A stretch of 64,000 nucleotides of DNA from Orbicella franksi. Lineage: Eukaryota. Below are positions 37,233-48,660 of the stretch, in pieces. Where the stretch lies: the NCBI GenBank assembly GCA_964199315.1, contig OZ116707.1, forward strand, positions 4,464,001 to 4,528,000. Reading direction: 5' to 3'. The translations under genes and the position numbers were made by a program. The notes beneath the pieces are model-generated. The model searched no databases and was not told where the DNA came from. It saw nothing but the letters and a program-made list of their open reading frames with translations. The first letter of the stretch is position 1. Every line of letters starts with the position of its first letter.

Positions 37233-38598
37233 ATACAAATATCTAATCAAGGAATACTGAAATATACTATTTCTGAAAATTTGAAATACTTTGACATTCC
37301 CTGTTGTTACAAGCAATGTTTTCCAGACATTTGGAAGAAAAGCAGTCAAATGCTTTGGTGTGGCGTGACATTTTTGTATAAACCAAAGATGAAACATAAT
37401 TTTATTCCTTGTTATGTTCAGAGAGTCCACTTGACAAGTGTGCAATTCAGATTGTTAAACATGGCACATGTTATCAGTTACCATAATTTTGTAGTATATC
37501 AGAACAATACATCCTCTGTGATTATATTTTCTTAGTTATTATTGCCACTGTGTAACTTGCCTGGTTCTGCACTGATTAAATAATCATAAACCCACATTTA
37601 CAAGACCCACTGCATTTCCAATGAAATGAAGAGGAACAATTTGGAAAATCATAGCAACCAAGAACACAGTCATGTTCACTATAATTGGTACTTGTTCAAA
37701 ATAATTGGGACTAATTGGTGTTAGTGGTCATTGCTTGTTATCGCATATTAGAGCCAATCAGGATCTTCCATTTTTATGGCCCACGGAGTCAATAATGTTA
37801 TCTGCTAACAAAGCAGTTATAACCAAGGAGTGGTTTGTTATTCCCAGGCAGTGAGGTCTGGGTTTAAATTTCAGCTCTGTTTTTTTTTCCTCGTTCAGTC
37901 ACAAATCACCGTCTGGTCTCTAAAGCGCATGCATCACCTGTGCATGTGTACAGCAAATGGAATTTACAGAAGTTGTCGTCGTGAAAGGTTAGCATGGATT
38001 CCATGATTTCTGGGGCGATGAAATCATATACAAATGAGCACACCTTTCAAGGTAGACCAACACTAAAGGACATTAAGCGTTTTCGGAACGGGGTGGTCTG
38101 CAAGCCTTACAAGAGATCAATTTTACGACCAAACATTTTGAGTGAATTTATCAAGAATCATGTTATACCAAAGGAGCCATCAACTGGGGCTATCAGCTCT
38201 TCAACTTGATAAAAAGCATCTTCAGAAGCGTCATCGTAGGATCGTGAACCAAGTAGAATCCCAGTATGAACTCAAGAATGTCTGAGCAACAAGAGCAGAA
38301 AGGTTAGAAAATTTGTTTACGAATGTATCTGTTTGAGTACACCTAAGTAAAATGCTCCGAGGAACTTCATTAAGTATAATAAAGATAAAATCTTGAACTA
38401 AACGATATTTTCTCGTTATTTTCTTGTAACAGAGTTGTGTCTTTACAAGAGTGAAACCCATGGAGCGAATTACTGTACATTTAAGCTGAAAGAAACTAAT
38501 GTACATGTATGTTGACCCCAGCAAAACAATTTGCCAGGTATTACAGTTCAAACATTAGGTTTTAGCGGCTCTGAGGTGAATGTATAATCCCACTAGTT

Positions 38599-41031
38599 GA
38601 AGAAGCTAGTCATAAAAGGGGATAAGTGACGATTTTGGTTGCTTTTCTTTTTTCTTGCTCCAAATTAGCTGAATTTTTGCATGTGGTCTTCAATGTAATA
38701 GAAAAACGTGTTCCTGTATTTTTGCCGCTGGTTTTTGCTTCGCTTTATAAAGACGCCGCTAGGAAAACCGAGTGTTTTTTTGCATACGCAATATCCTGAA
38801 AACGAAGCAAGGTTTAGCGCAAAAACTACGGGACATTGCTAAACATACCTAAACAAAACTCTATGCAAAATTTGGAGCGTTTTCGACAAAGTTCACTTTT
38901 GATTAAAATACCTAACGCCCTTTTCCCGCCGAGGCTGCAAATAAACGAAGCCGGGCCTTTGTTATGATAAACAGAGCCGATCCTTTGTTATAATAACCAA
39001 GCCAAGCCTTTGTTATAAGTCGAAGTCTTGCCTCGGTTTATCATAACAAAGGATCGGCCCGCCGTGACCGCAGGGACTTTGATCTCACTTAGAAAGCAGC
39101 AAAATGTCAATTTCACGCAACGTATAAGCTCAAAAATGTTGATTTCACGTTAACGCGTGACGGCAAGGATGTTGGTTTCACTTAGAAACCAGCAAAATGT
39201 CAATTTTACGCAGCGCATAAGCTCAATGATGTTGATTTCAGGTCTAAGTAGGTTGAAATGTTGATTTCACGTTAACGCGTGACAGCAAGGAGGTTGATTT
39301 CTCTTAGAAACCAGCAAAATGTCAATTCCACGCAACGTACAAGCTCAAAAATGTTGATTTCAGGTCAAAAAAGGTTTAAATGTTGATTTCACGTTAACGC
39401 GTGACGGCAAGGATGTTGGTTTCACTTAGAAACCAGCAAAATGTCAATTTCACGCAGCGCATAAGCTTAATGATGTTGATTTCAGGTCTAAATAGGTTAA
39501 AATGTTGATTTCACGTTAACGCGTGACGGCAAGGATGTTGGTTTCACTTAGAGACCAGCAAAATGTCAATTTCACGCAGCGCATAAGCTCAATGATGTTG
39601 ATTTCAGGTCTAAATAGGTTAAAATGTTGATTTCGCGTTAACGCGTGACGGCAAGGATGTTGGTTTCACTTAGAAAACAGCAAAATGGTAGGAGCCCATG
39701 ATGGGCTCCTGAAAATGGTAATTTCACGTAACGTATAAGCTCAAAAATGCTGATTTCAGGTCAAAAAAAGGTGTAAATAAAAATAAAATGAAACAAATAA
39801 ACATTTCAATAAACACTTTTTCAAATACGGCAACGTCTTCAATGGCTAAAAAATCACGAGATAAAATATAGTTTTCGACAAACGCGATCGTAGCTTTATG
39901 TCACGCACCGCCATAACTTCCAAGTTCAAAATGCGCTGGTACCTCTTATGCCTGATGAGGACAACAACTTTGGCGGCTGTTTAGTTTTGGATTTAAGAAT
40001 TTGATGACTCCACGTGAAAACGCTCTATAAATAGGGCTGACAGATTAACAGATTAACCCTTCTGCACAACGTACGGGTCTCCATACATCTGCATGTCCCC
40101 TGATCCCAGAAGCTCAAAACACTACAAATCATGCCGATTTGAAATAAAATCAACGCAAACTGGATCACAGATCTGTTACAATCGATCGCCACTTGCTGGC
40201 CATTATTATGTTTAAATCTAGTTACCAGTTCGAGAAACGTCCGCAGAACGTAATCGCAATGCATGCCGGGAAGGGTCTTTACACCTTGTGCGCGGGAAGA
40301 CATGGCGGTCGATACAAGACAAATTTTATAAGTCTAAAACCAGTTCTCGCTTTCCAAACTTTGACGCTAGCAACGCTTGGCAAATGGGCCACAACTCGCC
40401 AGAGGGTATTTTTCTTGGACAAGAACTGCTCTTGGACTTTGCTACCTGGCTCGATCTGACTTCGAACGCCGATAACACGATTACGGTATATCAGCTGCCT
40501 TCGAAGTTTCAGAACACATTTTGATTCTTTAAAACGTGCTGATGACTTACGGGTTTATCGAGGCTTTATGATGCCTCTCAACCACCAGGTAGGCACACAA
40601 GGTACTTTAAAACAATGCTTAAGATATTAGTTGACAGAGCTCTAATACGGCACATCTCTTTTTTGTTTGATGGCATTTCGTTTGACGCTCGATCGATTCA
40701 CGTGTTGTGTTCACGTCACAATAACCGGTGTAAACAATCCGTTCCCAGATTTCCGCTCTATATGCTGTGGGATTTGGTTTTGACTTCATACACTATAAAC
40801 AGTCTGCCTGTTTGCTGTTCAACAAATAAACTCCTAAAGACATGGCTAGGAAAAGCCAAGTTTTTTGCCTACGTTTTAACTCGAAAACAAAGCAAAAACC
40901 AGCGACAAAAATACAGAACCACATTTTTCTATTACATTGAAGACCACATGCAAAAATTCAGCTAATTTGGAGCAAGAAAAAAGAAAAGCAACCAAAATCG
41001 TCACTTATCCCCTTTTATGACTAGCTTCTTC
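38599..41031. mobile_element. Non-autonomous TIR DNA transposon, GAAG element copy 1 (2433 bp)
   Basis: ~148-bp TIRs starting GAAGAAGCTAGTCATAAAAGGGGATAAG; TSD AGTT (38595-38598, 41032-41035); about 99% identical to 52649-55338 outside the array; no credible ORF. Confidence 0.92.
39085..39770. repeat. 122-bp higher-order tandem array (5 full units) inside GAAG element copy 1
   Basis: CGTTAACGCGTGAC recurs every 122 bp; each unit has four ATGT(T/C)(G/A)(A/G)TTTCA cores spaced 33/28/32/29 bp. Confidence 0.95.
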
Positions 41032-42111
41032 AGTTGTTAACTTGGGTCTGGAACTTTTTGTTAAATCTTTTCAACTTATTCCATTTTGTGCCAAAATATG
41101 ATCGTTTGCCACAAAGTCCGTGCTTGCCCTCGAAGAAAGAGACATGCTTTTACTATTGAAAAAGTTGTTTTTAAATGTGCTTAACTGTAAATAGTCAAAA
41201 CATTAGGTTTTAGCGGCTCTTAAGTGAAGGTATGATCCCGATGGTTGTTAACTAGAGTCTGGAACTTTCCTTAAGCTAAAATCATTTTAAACTTATTCCG
41301 TTTTGCACCAAATGCGCGCACGATCGTCTGTCGCAATGTCTGTGCTTTTTCCCTCAAATAGACATGGAAATGCTTTTGCTATTGAAAAAGTCTTTTTTAA
41401 ATCTGTCTTGTCTGTTCTGTTCTGAATTCATTGATTAGGAGAAATGCATGTCAATTGAACTTTTTATTAAACTCACCTCTGTTGTTTCGTGTGAAACTCA
41501 AAGAAAGATGAAGTCTCCTCAATATCGATTTTCGCCTTTCAATGTCTCCACTCGGTGTTAAGTTCTCTACCTCTTCGCACATTATTATATAGTATTTTTA
41601 TACTTACATTTGTTGACAATTGATAGGCGACCAGTCATAGACCTGCATGAGTTTGCATGCTGAACACACAAAGTGAATGCAAAGCCTAATTGTTCATACC
41701 GAAAACAGTCCTATGGGTGGTAGGGTGGGTGCGAGAAAAGGCAGTTTAGGGTCGGGTGTACGGCGTGTCTTAAAGAGTATTTTATTTAAAAGTCAACTGA
41801 AATGTGATAAAATAACTTTATTTCACACTCTTGATTTGAAGCTGTAAATTAAATACTTTAAATTTAAACTTGTGAGTGGTACTGAAAAATTGTACGTGAA
41901 GCATATGGGCACAATGTCAGTTGTGCATGACCCTTGGTTGTTCTATTTATGACCTGACAGCGATAAATGAATCAGAGGTGAGCCCCGAGCCCATCAGGTA
42001 GGAATTTGACCCAAGGTCAACAACAATGACATGTTGCAGGTTTTGCTTTCAACTGCATTGTTGTCAAGATGTATACTTAAAATTGACTTGTTCGATGGAA
42101 ACTGTTTTCTT

Positions 42112-45100
42112 TTAGAAATACTTGAATGAAAAAGCTTGAAACCTGTCTTTGATTAACTTAATATTTTTGACGTTGAATGTTATAGCGCCTTCATCAGCTT
42201 GCGTGACTTCGACATTGCAGTGGAAGATGAAAATGGCCTTAATGTCTTGTTTATCAGGGACTCATGGCCAGATGAGAGCACCTTGTTCATTCTCTGACAG
42301 AAAGTTGATCTGAACCTTATTAGCCAGAATTTTTTCTACTTTTCCAATGTAGAGACCTTCTTTGTAGGCAATGGCAACCCACTTGTTCAATGTTAGTTTC
42401 TTCAGGTCATAATCCTACAGAACAAAACAAAAAATGAGTTAATTTTTTCTGCCGATTTCTAGTTTTGATACCGTCTCAAAAATTCTGACGACCATAAAAC
42501 TGACATTTGAAGTTTAGGTTGTTCATGCCGATGTATGTGTCTTTTGAGATTATCACAGGTTGAAGTAATTTACCTTGTTTTTTAAATCTCTCGCTTCCAT
42601 TCTAATCATTTCGGCCTTTGTTAACAACTCACATTCTGACTCAGAGGTAAAACCCTTTGAAATACAAAACATATAGAGGCCAGTTAAAATCATTTGTTCA
42701 CTAATAGCTTATAATTTATTGTACTGAAGCTGTCCTCATGAAATGAGATGGTGAAATTTTGTTGCTCAAGAATCTAGAAGGGAACACTTGCACTATATAG
42801 TTATAATTCAATTCAATTCAGTTCAATTCCTTTTTCTATAATATACTGGTTATTTACATACAATTATAAGGTAAAGTACTGAAAATAATAAAAAATTAAG
42901 AAATGTGAGATTTTCAGTCTTTTTACAATTCATAACTACTGTGCTGGTTTGCACAAGGTGGCTGATCTAACTCGGTTGAACTACTGTTTCTTTTACTTTG
43001 CACTTTATAGGTAATGTAGATAATACTCTTCTGAAGTAATTGTGAGCAGTACTTTAATACCTGTGGTGAATTCACTCAATTTACTTGATTCACTTGATTC
43101 CTCTATCCTTTCTATATGGTTAGCCTGCCAAATTAAGAAGGCATTTGATTATATAGGGCAGACTATGCCTAAACGCTCCTGAAACTGGAAAAGAGCTGAC
43201 AGAGAAGGTCACGCAAAGTTTGCTAGAACTACTGTGCTGCTATTTATAATAATTTAACTGTAAGAATCTTAGCTACTTCTATACCTTCCAAAGCATTGAC
43301 AAGGGCTTGTCAGCTTCACTATCACCATCGCTGTTGTATTCTAAAAGATTTAGGTCAAATACATCATTCACCTCACAAAGGTAGGCCAAAACAGCAGTGT
43401 TGTGATAATGAGGGCCATTGTCTGTAGATAGAAGAGCACATGTAAGAGAAACATGAAGATGACAGCATAGTAATATTCATATTATCTTGAACAAGTGACC
43501 TCTAGAAAAGTTTCATACTATTATAAATAGGTACAACAATAACTTGCATTTTGGAAGTGTGTGAACTCAATCATGATAACACCCAGGGAATTAACCCCCC
43601 TTGGCAAATGATCACCCCTTTTCCCCCTCTCCATGTAGTGCCTTTGCTTCAACTAAATGTATACTAGCAGAAAAAAAAGGCATCCTGTTTGGTGTCTTCT
43701 GACCACACGTCAAAAACTTCACTGCTCTTCTCATTGTCCGAGACTTTGGCAATCATGTAACATCCACGCAAATAAAAATACCTCTCTTCCCATACCAGTC
43801 CCTCTGGATTTCTTTGCTTCGCTTTCCTAGTTCAAGTTTCATTTTGTAGGCAATTATCATGACACACTCTCCAGGCCTCAATTCTTCACAACAAACTTTT
43901 AGTAGTCACCCTGATGTTTTGTTGGTAGCAAATGTGACAAATAGTCTTGATGTATTCCATACAGTTCTGTTAACCTTGGCTTCAGCTCTGTTTTGCTAAC
44001 ATCTGGAAGCATTTCAATCTCTTTTAATAGAGAGCTGTACATAGCACAGAAGGGTGGAACATCTGCACACATTGCTCTGTGGTCTTCTGTGCAGGCATTA
44101 AATGCATATAACATGCACAGTTCAAGGCGGTGACTGTTTTTGTGCCAATTTCGAAAACTTGGTTTTCAAAAATGTCTGATAAGCACGCACATCTTTTATC
44201 ATGGATGATACGTTCAGATCCGGACACATTGAAGATATCTCTTCAATAAGTGGACACAGTTCATCAAAATTACTGTGGCCAAAGTCGTCGCAAAGGTCAC
44301 ACAAACCTGCCAGCATCATGTCCATATGGAAATTGGTGGGCAAGTGGATGTAAATATATGTTCTTTTGACTCCATTGGAGAATTCCAGCAGGTACTGATC
44401 CACAAGTCCCTTGATCATATCTTGCCAGTACCTGACTGCTGTCTCCTCACCTTCAACCATAACACTACAGTATGATGATGCCCGTGAAACATCATCTCGA
44501 TAGAGAAATCCGCTTAATTCTCCAAGTACTTGCGCACTGACACATTCGCAGGTGAACTTGTACTTGTCTGATGAAACACTTCCACGACCAAAAAGTATGC
44601 AATGTACCTTTGTTGCTGTTATGGTTTTTGAGGAACACTGGAAATATCACTGCAAAGTGGAATAGGAAAAGTCCTTGGCAACAGTTGACAGAAGCCATCT
44701 TTTCTCATCAGGATAGCTTTGAATCCTGCCTAGATCTTGTGCTGCCTCAACACAGGACTTGAAGATGTCTGAGGTAATGCCACTGAAGGAGATTTTACTG
44801 CCTTTCAAACTGCCCCCAATCAGTACTCTTTGCATCTGTTTAGCAGAATTCAAACAAATAGCTTTGTTTTCAGTTCTGTCTTTGCAACTGTGATAATCAG
44901 CTGCAAGTTTACGCAGGAATAATCGTCAGTGTCAGGCTTTGTCTGGCAAATTTCACCAAATGTTCCCTTCACTTTCCACTGAGGACCAAATCACTGATAA
45001 AGTGAGGAATGTTCTCACCCTTGAAGTGAACAAATTTATTAGCAGAATCTGCCAGAAGGTCAATCGTTTTAGCCCTCAGTACTTGTTGTGTTCTTTTTTC

Positions 45101-45800
45101 AGCATTCTTGTAAGGCCTCAGCAGTAGATCTGGAACCTGGACTTGCTTTGATTCTGAAGGCACCAAACAAGAACTTGGATCGTTAATGTTGTCCTCAAAT
45201 GGTGGAATGTCAACGCTGAAATTGTTGAATTATTTTCCAGGGCTGAATCGTTGAGGCAAACAGTTAGACTGGCTCTTTCTTCCTAAACAGAAACAACAAA
45301 GAGAAAATTAATTTCTCACTATTTCATTTATTGCAGACTGCTAAGCTCGGGGCTGATGACACTGTAATGTACACTAAAAAACTACTTCAAACTATTTCAT
45401 CTTCATCGTTCAGTAATGTACAATGATTCGCTTACCTCTAACTTCCTACACTTTTTTCCAGCACAGATTTTCCTCTTCCTATTTGTTTTTTAGAAGAGTT
45501 GTAGTCGCAGAAGTGAACTTCATCTGGAGCCACAACACGCAAACTGTCTGAAGAAATCTCTCTGTGATGCCATGTGCCATATTTCAGACACGCACATTTA
45601 CCCACAAACAGCATTCGCACGAAAGCCAGGAGACGAAATGAAACATGGAATGAAAACTATATACACTATTTGTACTATATACAATATCTACACTATTTAC
45701 AATATTGACAAGCGAGATTTTTTGAGAGAGAGCCATGGATATCATCAAAGATGGCTGTCTAGTTGAACTGACTTCGGTAACTTCTGAAAACCTAACTTCC
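42112..45800 (-). pseudogene. Multi-exon Sola3-like transposase relic (copy 2, diverged family member)
   Basis: Homologous to 5606-6760 (CSSKTITATKVHCILFGRG, VRYWQD, GVKRTYIY.HLP.NF, LAGLCDLCDDFGHSNF, REIQRDWYG). Same phase-1 intron before DNGPHYHN (acceptor 43422-43423). Downstream exons 42654-42574 and 42414-42112 encode a Tudor-like barrel (KWVAIAYKEGLYIGKV...INFL...IWP). The 5' boundary is approximate. Confidence 0.65.
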
Positions 45801-46012
45801 GCACATTCCAAACCTCTGAAACTTCACCAACTTGTAGAACAATAGATTCTATACCATAAAAGGAAGATACTTCAGCTAAAATTGACTGTCTTTATTAGAA
45901 CATCGGAGAAATAAAGCTTTTAGCCAATCAGAGAAGCGGCAATTAATTAATAAATTCACTTGAAGCGGGGCACTACTGCTCATGCGTTGCGCACCACCTC
46001 TTTCCCTCTTAA

Positions 46013-46200
46013 GCAATGTATTACTTAAAGAGTTTGCCATGCATTGTTTTCCTCAGTTTTCACAAAAAAGAAGAGAGACTGTGAGTAAGGAGCACAAATA
46101 GTTTTACTGGCATCAAAGTCAAACACAACTGGGCCTGGGTTTGTCTCAACGTCATTGGCTAGTTGCATTAATTCAGGGTAGCTGATATAGAAGCAATACA
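46013..46200 (-). pseudogene. 2A-like peptide (DVETNPGP) followed by the start of a C76/herpes-DUB-like protease
   Basis: LMQLANDVETNPGP at 46153-46130, then KTICAPYSQ...GKQCMANSL (one frameshift, one stop). Confidence 0.7.
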
Positions 46201-47414
46201 AAAATATCTGTGTAAGCCAGAGACAATTCATTTTGGTTGGTTTGGAATAACAAATCACACATTTCAGTACTGGTAAGTAAATCGCTGCGGAGTAAAATAA
46301 AAGTAGCATAGAACACCAGAATTTTTCCTTGAAGCATCCTTGATACTCCCTGAGAGCTAAATATACGCAATGCATGCCAACAACAAGTCTGTGTTGTTGT
46401 AAACTGTTCTCCATTTCAGCTTTGTTTTGCCCAAATCAACTTCAGATTTAGGTGGTCAAGACTAATTCCACGTTCCAGTAAACAATTCTCAGGGAAATGA
46501 TCAAGGTATTTCTCAATGTATTAGCTCAAATTATACTTGGTTTGCTCAGGTTTGCTCAAGAATGCGTCAAAGTTATCTCAGTCACACAATCGTGCAATCA
46601 CTAAGAGATACAGGCTTGCGATCGAAGTCAGCTATTCACCTGAGTATGGATTCCCCCTCTCATGCAATGTGTTTATACATGTAAACAAATTAAAACAAAG
46701 AAGAAATACTGACCTTTTGTTCCTTGAAAACCTACTTCGCACACACTTAACAACCAACTAAGAAACAACTTTGCTGTAAACAGCTGCGCCACATTCTTAG
46801 GGGGCGACTATTGAACTTTCAGGGGCTGACGAGGGGAGAGTGGGTTATTCAAGCTGGGCCTGAAATTTATTTAGTTTTGGACCAGAACAATCAAGATATA
46901 TCTTTCTCAATCCTGTACGATTGTCTTCTTTAGTTACATTACTATGCAATGTTTTTCCTCTAAGGGGAAGCTTGGATCACTTTTCTCATCACAATTACCT
47001 CACCCCACCCCCCCCCCCTCAACAGAACACTTTGCACAGCTTGAACAACCATCCAACCCCCTGTCCAGCCGTGCAGCCTGCCTGATTGAGTACCACCTCG
47101 CTTCTCGGTTACATTGGCTGGACATTAGTATGTCCTCCCAAAAAGCATTAAAAGCTCTTATAGTAAAGTTCTTTTATTATTTTCTCATCAATTTGACTGA
47201 AAATGTCTAAATAAGCTCTTGTTGGAAAACAGAGGTAGAGCAATGGGGGCAGCCATTCACCTTCTCTACCTATTCTCATTTCTACCTAAAAGTAATTAAA
47301 CAATTAAGACCACTACATGAAAAAATAGGTACGCAGTGTGTACATGGTCGGACATGCAATACATGCATATTATCTTATTAACAGTAATAAGTTTTCTAGT
47401 TATCCTTCACCATT

Positions 47415-47664
47415 TTATTTGAAACATGAACAATGCATATATAGATATGGAACCAACAAAAACTTTTGCTGAGTGCACTTTGACAGCGAGCTGTGTAAAG
47501 AATCTCCTTTGCGTAAGATTTGAGCCATAGCAGCAGCACTGGAAATCAGTCCGTGGTGTTGATAAATTAGAGAGTTTGCCATGCAGTCTTCCCTGTGAGT
47601 AAGGAGCAGAAACAGTTTAACTGACATCAAAGTCAGTCACAATTGGGGCTGGGTTTGTCTCAAT
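47415..47664 (-). pseudogene. Second, degenerate 2A plus C76-like protease fragment
   Basis: IETNPAP (Gly to Ala), TVSAPYSQG, CMANSLIYQHHGLISSAAAMAQILRKGDSLHSSLS; nucleotide similarity to 46030-46153. Confidence 0.6.
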
Positions 47665-48510
47665 TCAGTCAACACTAAATAAATCAATATGAAGTAAAAC
47701 AAAAGCACAATAGCACACCGTAATTTTTCCATTGTCACAAATTATGTAGAGTATTGTCATTTGTTGCTTTTGTTGTAATTTATGTGATTTAGTTTTGTTT
47801 TGATTATAAGCAATGTGATATGAGAAAGTGTTAAGTGACAGACAATGCAAGGGAATCTGATAGCCTTGACTTTGGAACCTTATAATTGAAACCCAAACCA
47901 AATGATTGACAGTGATAGGAGAGACAATAGAACACGAGAATAAATGAAAAGGGACTTTTGTAATCTTGAGCTTGAGAGAGATCTTTTCCAGTGATCAATA
48001 AAGTAGAAATCAGGATTTCGTGTTAGTGTGTTGGTGGTTCAATCTTGCAGGCAATTTCCAACACAAGTGGCACCTCCGACGGGACACATATACTGGGATT
48101 AGACTCGATCAAGAGCAAAGCAAGGATCATTGCAAAGTGATAAAGGAATTGTCCAAGATTTTACTGAGCTGAAGATTGCCATTTTGTTGGTTTATCTCAT
48201 GACGTCAATTGAGTTAACCCACTTCATAACCCATTTCAGTGCGGCCGCTCATAAAATATAACAAATGTTTTAAAAAATGTTTCAGCTGTTGTCACTGCAA
48301 AGGAATTCATATGTGAAAGAATCAACATTGAGTCAACAAACAAATTTTGAAATAATGGAATGGTGAGTACAAAAGGGGAAGTAAGGCTTATTTTATTAAT
48401 GACGATTGTGTACATGTCAGTCAGGCAGTGAAAAATTTTTCTTGACTTAAAATAGACTAGTTAAAAACTATAGTGAAGCAAAAGAAAAAAATTATTTGCC
48501 CTATGCAGAT

Positions 48511-48660
48511 TTGGATGAAATACATTTAGCGAATGGCTGGCAGGCAAAAGAAAACTGCCCAGATTTGAAGCCAGTAGATGCGAGTACATTTGCTCGTGTG
48601 ATTGAAAAGGTCTTGCCAAATGTCACAGAAACCAAACGAAGAACTGAAGGAGGGATCCCC
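48511..48660 (+). pseudogene. Exon fragment resembling an RFX-type winged-helix domain
   Basis: Acceptor gccctatgcag, then LDEIHLANGWQAKENCPDLKPVDASTFARVIEKVLPNVTETKRRTEGG (RFX-like P.DA..F.RVI..V.P...R). Confidence 0.4.

Larger units (their letters stand above)
38545..41400. repeat. 211-bp tandem duplication, first copy interrupted by the GAAG element
   Basis: cattaggttttagcggctct at 38553 and 41201; gtctggaact at 41046 and 41257 (period 211 after removing the insertion). Confidence 0.8.

Noticed and set aside
39085-39770. CRISPR-like appearance (12-bp core plus 16-21-bp spacers), also at 53135-54077
   Set aside because: The spacers recur every 122 bp rather than being unique, the repeat is too short, there are no cas genes, and the context is eukaryotic; it is a higher-order tandem repeat.
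39951-40020. CTGATGAG as a hammerhead core in the GAAG element
   Set aside because: No stem II closing onto C-GAAA at a suitable distance.
40025-40965. ORFs of 78-116 aa inside the GAAG element (duplicated at 54332-55272)
   Set aside because: They overlap on both strands, have no recognisable motifs, and one runs into the TIR; their conservation only reflects the recent duplication.
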